Shown here piece after piece: positions 1-11,100 of a stretch of DNA of 64,000 bases. Positions within the stretch are counted from its first letter, which is position 1; each line of letters begins with the position of its first letter. Below the pieces are notes generated by a model that saw only the letters and a program-made list of their open reading frames with translations, was not told the origin of the DNA and searched no databases. Source of the stretch: Syntrophorhabdaceae bacterium (GTDB lineage Bacteria > Desulfobacterota > Syntrophorhabdia > Syntrophorhabdales > Syntrophorhabdaceae); contig CAXXUO010000003.1 in the NCBI GenBank assembly GCA_963666485.2, positions 1 through 64,000 on the forward strand. Direction: 5' to 3'. The position numbers were made by a program, and so were the translations under genes.

Positions 1-229
1 TGGACGATGTCGCCGTCGCGATCGACGGTCGTCAGCCCCGGGTGGCCGAGGCCGGCGCGCCCCAGGCAACGCCACGGAAATCGTCCGGTTTTTTCGCCGG
101 ATCGGCGGCCAGGGCCAGGGACAGGGCACAGGTGGCCAGGAGCGGGGCACACAGGACGGCAAAAAATCGGCTCGGCATGGACGGGTTGGCCTCCAGAAGG
201 AATGGGTCATGATACGCCGGATGGGCCGG

Positions 230-975
230 TCAGTACAGAGGGTTGGAAGCGGCTGCCTCGGGGCGGTGAAAGTAGAATTCGACCCGACGGTTGCCGGCCG
301 CGGCGTCGGGAGTGAGTTCCGGCAACAACGGTCTGGAGTCGCCGTAGCCACGGCCCGGATACGCGAGGGGGCGATGGCGCCCTCGCCGATGATCCAGCGG
401 GCCGCGGCCGCGGCCCGGGCGCCGGACAGCTCCCAGTTGGAGGCGAATTGCCCGCCTGCGGCCTCGTCCGCGGCGGCATGGCCCCGGATGACCAGATAGA
501 CGTTGTAGGTGCGCAGCACGTCCACGACGTCGGCCAGCAGCCGCCTGGCCGCAGGGGTCAACTCGGCCGAACCGGGTCGGAAGAGCAGGGCGTTTTGGAT
601 GCGCAGCAGCACGCCCACGTCGTCGGCGCTCAGACCGCTGGTGCTTTTGAGGTAGGGGTCCTCGGTGATGATCTTTTTGAAACGCAGCGCGATGGCGTAG
701 CGCATGGCCTCGTCCACGGAGGGGGTCGCGGCGGCGTCCTTGCCGGGGGCGACCTGTCCGGCCTGGCTGGCCGGCGGGGCGTCCTTGAAATACTGTTCGA
801 GCTGCTTGCGGGTGCTCGGCGGCACCATGTTGAGAATCCACATGAGCAGGAAAAAGGCCATCATGGCCGTGACGAAATCGGCGTAGGCCACCTTCCAGCT
901 CGATCCGTGGCTGCCGGAAAATCCCGGCAACTGCGGCAGCTTGCCGGCAGGTCGTGATTTTTTTTCGGTCAACAT
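230..975 (-). CDS. motB: Flagellar stator protein MotB (apparent frameshift near 350)
   Basis: Reading from ATG at 975 gives MLTEKK...SWKVAYADFVTAMMAFFLLMWI, the MotB TM motif. The OmpA-like C-terminus GYGDSRP...NRRVEF lies in another frame, ending at 230. Confidence 0.85.
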
Positions 976-987
976 GGCCAAGCCGAC

Positions 988-1834
988 CTAGCCGCGCAGC
1001 AGGGATTCGAGGTCCTCGAAGGTGGGGCGCATGGCCTCGGGCACGGCCCGGCGGCCGTATTCCACCGCGATCAGGGGCGTGGCCCCGCGCGCCGCGCCGG
1101 CGATGACCGCCCGGATGACCGCGAAAAAGGCCTGGCGCTCCAGGGCCTGGTTCTCGAGGTTGGTGGCCAGGGGACCGACAAAGCCGTAGCACAGCAGCAC
1201 GCCGAGGAAGGTGCCGACCAGGGCCGCGCCGATGCTGTGCCCCAGCACCTCGGGCGGCTGGCTGATCTTGCCCATGGTCAGGACCACCCCGAGCACGGCG
1301 GCCACGATGCCCAGTCCGGGCAGGGATTCCGCCACCTTGCCCAGGTTGTGCCCGGGGCTGGCCGCCTGCTGGTGCATGGCCTGCATGTCGAGATCCATGA
1401 GCAGTTCGATTTCCTGGGCGTCGCCGGTGACGAGATAGACCCGGAAGGTGTCGCAGATGAAGGCCAGGGCCGCCTTGTCCCGGGTCAGGCGCCGGGCCGG
1501 GGAGAAAATGGCGCTCGACTCGGGCCGCTCGATGTCGGGCTCCACGCTCATGAGGCCCTCGCGCCGGGGCCTTGCCGAGCAGGCGAGCCAGGACGACCAA
1601 CGCCTCCAGGTAGTCTTCCCGGCCCAGGCGCGCGGGAACCACGGCCCTTGGCAGGCCGGACACCAGCAGCCCCAGGGAATGGCGGGTCGAGGCGATGAGC
1701 ATGGACCCCAGGGCCGCGCCGCCGATGATGATCCATTCGGCCGGCTGGAGCAGCACGCCGAAAACGCCGCCTTCCATCACATAGCCGAGGGCCACCGAGG
1801 CGAGGACGACCAGCATGCCGGCCAGAGGGATCAT
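988..1834 (-). CDS. motA: Flagellar stator protein MotA (apparent frameshift near 1570)
   Basis: N-terminus MIPLAGMLVVLASVALGYVMEGG...QPAEWIIIGGAALGS. C-terminal part has ESLPGLGIVAAVLGVV...GAALVGTFLGVLLCYGFVGP...IAVEYGRR. Confidence 0.9.
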
Positions 1835-2422
1835 GGTGCGTTCCTTTGTCCGCCTGTCGACGCCGGAGCGCATTCCGGCTCTTCGAGCAGATGGTCGAGG
1901 TCCAGGCCCGGGCCCGGGGTTTTCCGGTCATGCCGGTCGTCGCGGACCAGGGCGTCGATCCAGGCGACCAGTTCGGGGACGCCGAAACGGCTGACATCGA
2001 GCAGCTCCAGGGCTTTTTCGAAGGACGAGCCCCGGCCCTGGTGCGTGAGCTGCAGCCCCAAGGCCAGTTCGGCCGGCAACGTCACGGCCCGGACCACCCG
2101 GGCATGAAGGAACAGGGAAAGGACGCCGTTGGAGGCCTGGGGCCGGTAGTCGCGCAGCTTGAGGTGGATGTACAGGGCCTGGGCCTCGGCCAGACAGCGG
2201 TCGCCGCCGCCCTTGGCCGCGATGTGCAGCCCCAGGCCGATGGGCGTGATGTCGGCCAGGACCAGCCGGTCACCCGTTGCGCGGCTGGCTCGGGGGGGGA
2301 CCGAGCACGGACAGGGGCAGCCGGGGGGGCGGACAGGGGGGGGCCGGCCACAAGGCGAAGTCCTCCACCACGTCGTGTGGTGGACGGATCCGTTTTTCGG
2401 CGCGGCGTTCCAAGACGTCCAT
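1831..2422 (-). CDS. PilZ-like hypothetical protein, frameshifted in G/C homopolymers, overlapping the motA start
   Basis: ATG at 2422 follows GGAGG. MDVLERRAEKR contains RxxxR; after the shift LADITPIGLG is DxS/TxxG-like. The stop overlaps the motA ATG (ATGA). Confidence 0.5.
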
Positions 2423-2528
2423 GTCCCCTCCCGGACGGGCCACTGTGCCGTTGGCGTCCGGTCTTGTCAAAGGCTCCGGTCTGGCGCTTTGTCTCCCTTT
2501 GCGGTAGGAGAAAGCCGGGGAGGCGCCT

Positions 2529-3722
2529 ATGAGTGAATACGTCGAACACGCAGCGGGCGGGGCCTCGGTGGGGCAGGTGGAAAAGCGGTATTTCAACGCG
2601 GCCGACGCCGATAGGCCGCTGCTCGTGGAGTCGGGCCGCAGCCTGTGGCCGGTGACCCTGGCCTACGAAACCTATGGCCGCCTCGACGCCGAAGCGGGCA
2701 ACGCCGTGCTCGTGCTGCACGCCCTGACCGGCGATTCCCACGCCGCCGGCTACTACGACCAAAACGATCCCAAACCCGGCTGGTGGGACATCATGATCGG
2801 GCCGGGCAAGCCCATCGACACCGACCGGTATTACGTCATCAGCTCCAACGTCATCGGCGGCTGCATGGGCTCGACCGGTCCCGCCTCCAGCGATCCGGCC
2901 ACGGGACGGCCCTATGGCCTCAGTTTCCCGGTCATCACCATCGGCGACATGGTCCAGGCCCAGAAACGGCTGGTGGAGCACCTGGGCGTGAAAAAGCTCC
3001 TGTGCGCCATCGGCGGCTCCATGGGCGGCATGCAGGTGCTCGAATGGTCGGTGCGCTATCCGGACATGGTGCGCGCGGCCGTGCCGTTGGCCACCACCAC
3101 CAAGCATTCGGCCCTGGCCATCGCGTTCAACGAGGTGGCCCGCCAGGCCATCATGGCCGATCCCAAATGGAACGGGGGCGACTACGCCGAGGCCGACAAG
3201 CCCGGTCACGGCCTGGCCGTGGCCCGCATGATCGGGCACATCACCTACCTGTCCGACGAGGCCATGCGCCAGAAGTTCGACCGTCGGCTCCAGGACCGCC
3301 GCGAGATCTCGTTCGGCTTCGACGAGGCCGATTTCCAGGTGGAGTCCTATCTGCGTTACCAGGGCCAGAAGTTCGTGGACCGCTTCGACGCCAACTCCTT
3401 TCTCTACGTGACCAAGGCGGCCGACTATTTCAACCTGGAGACGGCCTACGGCGCGGGTTCGGCCGTGGCCGCCTTCGCCAGGGCCCGCTGTCGCTACCTG
3501 GTGGCTTCGTTCACCTCGGACTGGCTGTATCCGACCTACCAGTCCCGGGCCATGGTCCAGGCCATGAAGAAAAACGGCCTGGACGTGAGCTTCGTGGAGA
3601 TCGACGCCAAGTGGGGGCACGATGCCTTCCTGCTCCCCAACGCCAACCTGTCGGGCCTGATCGCCCGCTTTCTCGACCGGGCGGCCACCGACGCCCGCAA
3701 GGAGGCCGCCCATGCGCTATGA
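2529..3722 (+). CDS. metX: Homoserine O-acetyltransferase
   Basis: Motifs LHALTGDSH, GGSMGGMQ (nucleophile Ser), RFDANS and GHDAFL; GGAGG RBS. Confidence 0.95.
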   Translation: MSEYVEHAAGGASVGQVEKRYFNAADADRPLLVESGRSLWPVTLAYETYGRLDAEAGNAVLVLHALTGDSHAAGYYDQNDPKPGWWDIMIGPGKPIDTDRYYVISSNVIGGCMGSTGPASSDPATGRPYGLSFPVITIGDMVQAQKRLVEHLGVKKLLCAIGGSMGGMQVLEWSVRYPDMVRAAVPLATTTKHSALAIAFNEVARQAIMADPKWNGGDYAEADKPGHGLAVARMIGHITYLSDEAMRQKFDRRLQDRREISFGFDEADFQVESYLRYQGQKFVDRFDANSFLYVTKAADYFNLETAYGAGSAVAAFARARCRYLVASFTSDWLYPTYQSRAMVQAMKKNGLDVSFVEIDAKWGHDAFLLPNANLSGLIARFLDRAATDARKEAAHAL

Positions 3723-4329
3723 CCTGTCCCTCATCGCTTCCTGGATCGAGCCCGGGGCCACGGTGCTCGACCTGGGCTGCGGCTCGGGCGATCTGTTGTG
3801 CCGCCTGACCCGGGACAAGCAGGTGCGGGGCACGGGCATCGAGCGCGAGGAGGACAAGGTGACGCGCGGGATCGAGAAGGGCCTGTCGATCCTGCACGGC
3901 GATATCAACGAGGAGGTCCGGGACTATCCCGACGGCCATTTCGACTATGTGATCCTGTCCCAGACCTTGCAGCAGGTCTACGATCCGGCCAGCCTCATCC
4001 GGGAGATGCTGCGCGTTGGCCGGCGGGGCATCGTGAGCTTTCCCAACTTCGCCTTCTACCGCATCCGGGGCCAGCTGCTGCTGCGGGGCCGGGCCCCGGT
4101 GTCCCGGGAACTGCCCTACGAGTGGTACGACACACCCAACATCCGGGTCATCACCATCCGCGACTTCCGCCGTTTCTGCCGCAAGGAAGGCTTTGCCATC
4201 GAGCACGAGACGGCCGTGCGTACCCCGCATCATCACGAAAAAGGCACGGTGGTGCGCTTTTTCCCCAACCTGCTCGCCACCTACGGCATGTTCCTGCTGC
4301 GCCGCCGGGACGGCGGCAAGGAGAAGTAG
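3712..4329 (+). CDS. metW: Methionine biosynthesis protein MetW
   Basis: VLDLGCGSG, ILSQTLQ, VSFPNF, LPYEWYDTPNI; directly follows metX. Confidence 0.92.
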   Translation: MRYDLSLIASWIEPGATVLDLGCGSGDLLCRLTRDKQVRGTGIEREEDKVTRGIEKGLSILHGDINEEVRDYPDGHFDYVILSQTLQQVYDPASLIREMLRVGRRGIVSFPNFAFYRIRGQLLLRGRAPVSRELPYEWYDTPNIRVITIRDFRRFCRKEGFAIEHETAVRTPHHHEKGTVVRFFPNLLATYGMFLLRRRDGGKEK

Positions 4330-4435
4330 GGCGGGGGGACAGGCCGGGGACATTGCCCCCGGACCCCTCGCAACGGGGGGCCGGGTCTTTCGCGTTGCCT
4401 GCAGGCCGATCGAAGGTGCGGATTTTTGTGAAAAT

Positions 4436-4482
4436 GGGGTGGTCCAGGAGGGGGGCCACCCCCCTCCTGGACGTCGGAGGCG
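4436..4482. repeat. REP-like palindromic element / possible bidirectional terminator between convergent metW and ppsA
   Basis: Perfect 14-bp inverted repeat GTCCAGGAGGGGGG-CCA-CCCCCCTCCTGGAC (4442-4472). Its reverse complement closely matches 21376-21421. Confidence 0.75.
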
Positions 4483-4503
4483 TTCTCCACCCTTATCGGC
4501 GGG

Positions 4504-7500
4504 TTACCATTTCTTGGCGCGCTGGGTGGCCAGGGCCTGCTCCTGCTCGCCGTAGCTGTCGAAACCGGCCTGGCGCAGGGCGTCGAAAACCGTGCCGGGC
4601 CAGTCCCAGGAGGCGTACAGCACGAGCTTGTGCAGCAGTCGGCGGAAGGTCTCCATCTCCTGGCGATAGAAGTTGGCCTTGGGGGTCTCCAGATTTTCCC
4701 GGAGCTGCTCGGCGAGCCGGGACAGTTCCCCGTCGTACCAGTCCTTGATGTCGGCGGCGGTGTCGTACTTCTTGGCGATGTGCTCGTACTTGTTGGCCAT
4801 GAGCACGCCCTTGAGCCGCTCCAGGTGCTGGGAGCCGAGCCAGGCGCCGAGACCGGAGACCGGGATGTGCTCGGACTCCACATGGGCCATGTCGAACTTG
4901 GTCCGGTAGTAGGTGTCGGGCACCACCGAGGCGCACACAATGCCGGCAATGGCGACCAGGCCGCGCAGGATCAGGCTGTTGGACACGCCCTGACCGCAAA
5001 AACCCACCTTCTTGCCGTATTTCTGGCCGGCAAAGATGGTGACGAGCAGGGCCCAGACCACGGCCGGATCCTCCTCGTCGTAGATGTGGCGCAGGGCGGG
5101 ATTGTCGCGGTCCGTGCCGAGCACCATCTGGGTCATGTCGTTGGAGCCGATGGAGAAGCCGTCGAACTCCTGGATGAACTGCTTGGCCAGGATGGCGTTG
5201 CTCGGGATCTCCGACATGATGAACATCTTGAGGCCTTCGTCGCCGGACTGGAGCTTGTGCACGCGCTCCAGGTAGCGCTTCATGGCCGTGGCCTCTTCCA
5301 CCGTGCGCACGAACGGCAGCATGATGTGGAGGTTTTTTCCGCCGAAGATGCCCCGGGCCAGCTTGAACGACTCGATCTCCCAGTCGTGGATGTTGCGGGA
5401 CACGCCCCGGAAGCCGAGCATGGGGTTGTCCTCGAGGGCCTCGAACAGGTTGCCGCCCAGCAGGTTGCGGTACTCGTTGGACTTGAAATCCGTGGTCCGG
5501 TAGAGGATGGGCTTGCCGTGGAAGGCCATGGCGAAAAGCCCCAGGCCCTGGGACAGGGTCTGGACGTAGAGTTCCTTGCCGCTGCGGAAGCCGCGCGAGA
5601 AGAGTTGCCTGCGGATCTTGCCGGTCAGGGCGCTCAAGTCCTCGATCTGGTTCTTGATGCCGACCTGGCGGGCCACTTCCTGGCGCATGGACGTGATCTT
5701 GGCCAGGGTTTCCTTGATGACCGGCTCCTCGGCCACGGTCGCCACCCGTTCCTCGATGCGGGCCTTGATCTCGTAGTGGCGCTTGACGGCGTCGGGATCG
5801 ACGGGCCGGGTTTGCAGCTCGTCCCAGAAGCCGAGCACGATGGCTACGTGGGTTTCCAGGTCGGGCGAGGTCTTGAGCATGTCCAGGCGTCGGGTGGCCA
5901 GTTCCAGGTGGTGGTCGAGCTTCTTGTCGAGGTCGCGGATGCGGCGGTGCACGGCCATGACCTCGTCGGTGCCCCGGGCGCCGGCATGGTCGGCCAGGGT
6001 GTCGAGCTCGGCGGTCAGGCCGGTGATCAGCCCGACGTAGTTGCGCAGCTTGATCTGGACGTTGATGAAGCCGGCGGCCAGCTGCTCGCGCACGATCTTG
6101 TCGAGCTTGGCGTCGAGTTCCTTGACCTTGCTCTCGACGAGCTTGGGCAAGGTGCCGTTGTCGTAGGCCTCCAGGGCCTGGGGATGGACGCCGATGTTGC
6201 CGAGCATGAACTCGGCCCGCAAAAGGCCCACCTCGAAATCCGACACCGTGCGCAGCCGCGACAGGAACAACGCCTGGCCCACGTCGGCCAGGATCAGGCC
6301 GACCTTGGTCTTGGTGGCGGGAAGCTTGGCGAGATCCATCTCGCCGCCCATCTCGACCAGGGGCAGGATTCCCCGGTAGACCCGGCCCCGGGAGCCGTCC
6401 ACGGTGATCATCTGGCCGTCCAGGGAGCGCAGGGTCTCGGCGCGCTGGATGCCGATGACGGCCGGGATGCCCAGTTCCCGGGAGGTGATGGCGGCATGGC
6501 TGGTGTCGCCGCCGGCGTCGGCCAAAATGGCCGAGGCGATGCGCATGCCGGGCACCATGTCCGGATCGGTGCGCTCGGCGGCCAGGATGTCGCCCTTCTG
6601 GATCTTGTTGAGTTCCAGGGCCGAGCGCAGAAAGCGCACCATGCCCTGGCCGGCGCCCCGGGAGGCGCCGTTGCCCTCCAGGATGACCTCGGCTCCGTTC
6701 AGGGCCCGCTTGTCCACCTCCATGCGGCGCATGAAGATGGTGTCGGGATGGCGCTCGAATTCCTCGTTCCAGCGGGTTTCCGGCCGGGCCTGGACGAACC
6801 ACAGCCGGTCGGACTGGTCGATGCAGAATTCGGTGTCCATGATCATGCCGCCGTAGGCCACGCTGATGGCGCGCACGCCCCGGGCGACTTCCTCGGCCTG
6901 GGCCATGGACAAGGCCCAGCGGTAGGCCTGCTCGTCGGGCACCTTGACGAGCTTGGTGCCGCCTTCCTTGTCGTCGTAGACGATCTTCTTGTCCTTGTAG
7001 CCCATGTTGCGGATGACGACCTCGATGCCGTCGTCGCGCTGGAAGACATAGAGCTTGTCCGGGGTGACCATGCCGCCGACCACGGCCTCGCCCAGGCCAT
7101 AGCTGGCGTCGATGGACACGAGGTCGTTGCGGATGGTGCCCCGGCAGCCGGTGGCGGTGTCGGCGGCAAACGCGGTGCCGGAGATCACCGGGTTGATCAT
7201 GCGCATGATGCACACGGACAGCGACGTGTTCTCGATGGCCCATTCCTTCTTGGCCGTCTCGGCAATGGCGTTGTCGCCGGTACGTTCGGCGGCGGCCACG
7301 GCGTCGAGGATGGCCTCGCGGCGATAGGTCATGGAACGCAGGTTGTAGGCCGAGGCGCAGTCCCACTGGTAGGCACGCACGGCCTGGCTGGCACCCACGA
7401 TGTTGAGATAGGTGTCCTGGAGGCCGGCAAAGGCCTTTTTGCGGCTGTCCTCGCCGGCGGCCGAGGAGCGCACGGCCACGGGCACGTCTTCCAGGCCCGC

Positions 7501-8091
7501 TTCGCGGCAGATGTCGTTGTAGGCGTTGGACACGGCCTCGCGGACCCCGGCCGGCATGTCCACGGACAGGATGCCGACCTGGACCAGGACCGAACGTTTG
7601 CGCAACTGGTCGATGCCTTCGGGGGAGGTGGCGAAGCCCTCGACCACGTTGTTGATGAAGGTGCGCAGCTTGATGGTGGTGCCGGCGGTGTCGGCGATCC
7701 GGGTCCGGGCCTCGTCGGCCAGCTTGCGCACGAGGTTTTTTAAAAATTCCGGGTCGCAGTTGACTTCCTCGTCGGTCCAGTTGACCCGGCGGTAGCCGTC
7801 GTTGACGACTTCCCGGATCAGGGAGGCATTGACCTTGGTCTCATCGAGGACCCGGTGGAAGGCCGCGGAGGATACGGCCCTGAACTGGGGAGCCCGGATG
7901 CCCTGGATCTGGCTGATCAGCGCCGTATTGTAATTCTTGCCGCCCACGAGGATTTCCGCTTCCTCGCCGATGGCGACGATGTCGGCTCCGGTCAGAATGA
8001 GTTTGGCGGTCATATTGTCTGCGGCCGCCGTGGCCTTGGCCGACGAAGCGTCGTCCTGGCGTGGCTTGTCGCTGGACTGGCTCTTGGTCAT
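4504..8091 (-). CDS. ppsA: Phosphoenolpyruvate synthase (pyruvate, water dikinase), long form
   Basis: VAVRSSAAGED, SYGLGEAVVGG, VQARPET, TSHAAITSRELGIP (phospho-His), DFKSNEY, FSIGSNDMTQ. Confidence 0.93.
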   Translation of the reverse strand: MTKSQSSDKPRQDDASSAKATAAADNMTAKLILTGADIVAIGEEAEILVGGKNYNTALISQIQGIRAPQFRAVSSAAFHRVLDETKVNASLIREVVNDGYRRVNWTDEEVNCDPEFLKNLVRKLADEARTRIADTAGTTIKLRTFINNVVEGFATSPEGIDQLRKRSVLVQVGILSVDMPAGVREAVSNAYNDICREAGLEDVPVAVRSSAAGEDSRKKAFAGLQDTYLNIVGASQAVRAYQWDCASAYNLRSMTYRREAILDAVAAAERTGDNAIAETAKKEWAIENTSLSVCIMRMINPVISGTAFAADTATGCRGTIRNDLVSIDASYGLGEAVVGGMVTPDKLYVFQRDDGIEVVIRNMGYKDKKIVYDDKEGGTKLVKVPDEQAYRWALSMAQAEEVARGVRAISVAYGGMIMDTEFCIDQSDRLWFVQARPETRWNEEFERHPDTIFMRRMEVDKRALNGAEVILEGNGASRGAGQGMVRFLRSALELNKIQKGDILAAERTDPDMVPGMRIASAILADAGGDTSHAAITSRELGIPAVIGIQRAETLRSLDGQMITVDGSRGRVYRGILPLVEMGGEMDLAKLPATKTKVGLILADVGQALFLSRLRTVSDFEVGLLRAEFMLGNIGVHPQALEAYDNGTLPKLVESKVKELDAKLDKIVREQLAAGFINVQIKLRNYVGLITGLTAELDTLADHAGARGTDEVMAVHRRIRDLDKKLDHHLELATRRLDMLKTSPDLETHVAIVLGFWDELQTRPVDPDAVKRHYEIKARIEERVATVAEEPVIKETLAKITSMRQEVARQVGIKNQIEDLSALTGKIRRQLFSRGFRSGKELYVQTLSQGLGLFAMAFHGKPILYRTTDFKSNEYRNLLGGNLFEALEDNPMLGFRGVSRNIHDWEIESFKLARGIFGGKNLHIMLPFVRTVEEATAMKRYLERVHKLQSGDEGLKMFIMSEIPSNAILAKQFIQEFDGFSIGSNDMTQMVLGTDRDNPALRHIYDEEDPAVVWALLVTIFAGQKYGKKVGFCGQGVSNSLILRGLVAIAGIVCASVVPDTYYRTKFDMAHVESEHIPVSGLGAWLGSQHLERLKGVLMANKYEHIAKKYDTAADIKDWYDGELSRLAEQLRENLETPKANFYRQEMETFRRLLHKLVLYASWDWPGTVFDALRQAGFDSYGEQEQALATQRAKKW

Positions 8092-8167
8092 TCTCCCCTC
8101 CTTGGCTCTTCCGGTCTCGATGGCCGGGCCGACGTGTCGGCCAGCCGTAACACGTTCGTGATAAATT

Positions 8168-11100
8168 TTACACGGCCTGTCCGCAATGGGGACAATATTT
8201 ATAATGATCCTCGGAGAGTGGCTGCCTGCACACCGGGCAGTCCCGGGTGACGGGACCCAGCTCGACCAGCAGCTCGCCTTCCTTGACCGGGGTCATCTTG
8301 CGGTCGTTGGCGTAGTCGGCGCTCTTGAGCACCCGCTTGACCACGGCATCCATGGGCGCGGCCACGGATTTTTCCTGCTTCATGACCGAGATGTTGAACA
8401 GCTCCTCGCCCGTTTTGACGAAGTCGTTGGGGCTGACCTGCATGATCCACATGTCGCCCGAGACCGGGGCGCCCACATGGTAGGGGTTGTTCGGATCGGC
8501 CATTTCCACCTTGGGCGCGGTGCCGCCCTGGGGCGCGGCCACCTGGATCTGGTGGCTGAGGATTTCCGAGTCCAGGGCGTAGCGCACGGTGGAGGCGCCC
8601 GAGGTATCGGGGCGGGCGATGTCCAGGATCGACAGGTGGTGGGGCTTGCCCAGGCTGTCGGTGAACATGAGTTCCTCGCCCGGCTCCAGGCCCTCGAACC
8701 AGACATCCAGGGGCAACCGGTTGGGATCGCCGAACTTTTTTCGGAATTCGATGGTCTTGAGCGCATCGCCCGGGTGGTTCAGGTACAGCACGAACTCCTC
8801 GTTGGTGGGCTCGCGGCCGATCTGCTTGGTCAGGGAGGCCATTTCGGCCTCGAAGTCCACCTCGCCCAGGGCGTCCAGGGGCGAGTCCTCGGTGCGGCAG
8901 GCAATGGCCTGCTTCCATTCGGCGCCAAAGGCGCTCTCGTAGACCCAGTCCGGCGGGAATCCCAGGGGCAGCCGGCCGAACTTGCCCAAAAGCAGGTTGC
9001 GGAAGGCGTCGTTGCAATTGGCGTAGAGCAGGAGCCGGTCGTGCTTGGCCGCCTGGGTCAGGCACTCGTCGGGGTGGTCGGCCACGGCCTCGAGCACCTC
9101 GAGCATGTCCCTGACCGCCCGTTCGCCGCCGGCCTTGTAGGCGGCGGTCACGGCCAGAAACGAGGTGTTCCAGGTGATCTGGGAACCCGGGGTCACGTCG
9201 TGGTAGCGCACGATCTTGCGGGTGCCGGCCAGGAATTTGAGCATGTAGGGCAGCAGGTGGATGTAGCCCTGCTTCATGGCCCCTTCCTGGGACGAGGAGG
9301 TGGCTCCGCCGGGCATGGCGTGCTCCACGACGTCGTAGTCGATGCCCTGGAAGTACGGCGCGGTGTAGCGGTCGTAATAGGGCATGATCTGCTTGAGCAC
9401 GAAGTTGGTGGAGCGGATCATCTCCTTGTCGGCCCTGGTCAGGGACACCGGCACGCCGAGGTCTTCCTCGATGTAGGCGGCCGTACTGAGCACCTCGCCC
9501 TGGCCGTACCAGCGCACGCAGGCCCCCAGGGCCACGTCCACGATGTGGCAGCCGGCCTGGGCCGCCGCCCCCACCGCCGGCACGAACAGGCCGTCGGTAT
9601 AGTGGCGGTGGTAGTCGAGCACCAGGTCGGGATAGGCCGCGCGGATGGCGGTCACGAGCGCCTTGACGAACCGGGGCGGGCACATGCCGGCCATGTCCTT
9701 GAGGGCCAGGATGATGCTCTTCTCGGCTTCCTTGCGGGTCATGCCGCCGGCCTTGGCGGTCTGGTCGAGGATGGCCTCCAGCACGCCCAGGTAATGGGGC
9801 ACGTCGAAGCCCTTGGCGTAGGACAGGGAGATGGCCGGCTCGAAGATGATGCCGGGGGTGTTCAGGGCCACTTCGGCGAAGGGATACATGTTGTCGATGT
9901 GGTTTAAAAAGTCGAAGCAGCGGATGACGTCGTAGTGCTCGCAGATCATCTCGCCGGTCAAGCGCATGAGATTGCGCGGCTGGGGCTTGTAGCCGAGCAC
10001 GTTGGTGGAGCGGATGAGCAGCTGCTTGAGGGTCTTGGGCGCGAACCGGTTCCAGGCCGCCGCCTCGGAGAACGGGTAGGTCATGTTGGCCATCATGGCC
10101 ACGTGGAAGTGGGCGCCGCCGCCGTTTTCCAGGGAAAAAAAGCCGCAGCTGTCCAGATAGGGGCCGATGAGGGCGTCCTCGGCCAGGCGGAAGCGGTTGC
10201 CGCTGTTGGACTGGGTGATGTCGCGGGTGGTGGTGTCCACGAAGTGGACCTTGCCCGAGTCGCGCACCATGTCGAGGATGGCCTGGCGGTCGCCGCGCGG
10301 ATAGGGGCTGACGTGGTCGCGCAGGTTGACGTCGGGCATGTGGGGCTTGAACCGGCCCAGGCGGTAGTCCTCGCGGCCCCGGTACTTGCCGAGCTGGACG
10401 TGGGGGTTGTAGCCCCGGGCCGAGATGTCGGCCACGAGCCAGGACAGGCGCAGCGCCTCGGGCTCCTCGTCGAGATAGTTGAGCAGGTACGGATTCTGGC
10501 CGATGAACCGGGTGTTGAACTCGCCCTTGATGAAGTCGGGGTGGCGCAGGATCTGGCGGTGGAAGGGGATGGTCGTCTTGAGGCCGCCGATGATGTATTC
10601 GCGCAGGGCCCGCTCCATGACCGCCACCACCTTGGACCAGGTGCGGCCGTAGGAAATCAGCAGCGCCCCGGCCGAGTCGTACTGGGTGGGATATTCGTAG
10701 CCGGCCGTGAGGCAGGAATCGAGCCGGATGCCCTGGCCGCCCGGGGACAGGTAGCGGGTGATGAGGCCGGCGTTGGGCGCGAAGTTCTGCTTGGGGTCCT
10801 CGCAGTTGATGCGCAGCTGCATGGCGGAAAGAAAGGGCCGCGTGTCGCCGCAGTTGAACCGCAGCTTGCCGCCGAAGGCGATGTTGATCTGCTCCTCGAC
10901 CAGGTCCACGCCGTAGCGGCATTCGGTGATGCCGTGCTCGACCTGCAGCCGGGTGTTGACCTCGATCAGGTAGGGCTGGCCCTTGTCGTCGACCAGGAAT
11001 TCCACCGTGGCCAGGGAATAGTAGCCGGTTTCCCGGACCAGGCGCTCGGCGTAGTCCTTGAGGGTTTGGCGCAGCTCCTCGGTCATGCCGGTCCAGGGCG

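Noticed and set aside
2290..2345. Phase-variable poly-G tracts in the gene upstream of motA
   Set aside because: They cannot be separated from homopolymer miscalls, given the indel load in adjacent motA and motB.
4630..7743. Long + strand ORF (1037 aa) and similar giant ORFs (8199-11546, 19343-22807, 29319-31361, 55949-57316, 62250-63404)
   Set aside because: These are antisense or off-frame shadows of well-supported genes, as expected with strong GC3 bias; no recognisable motifs.
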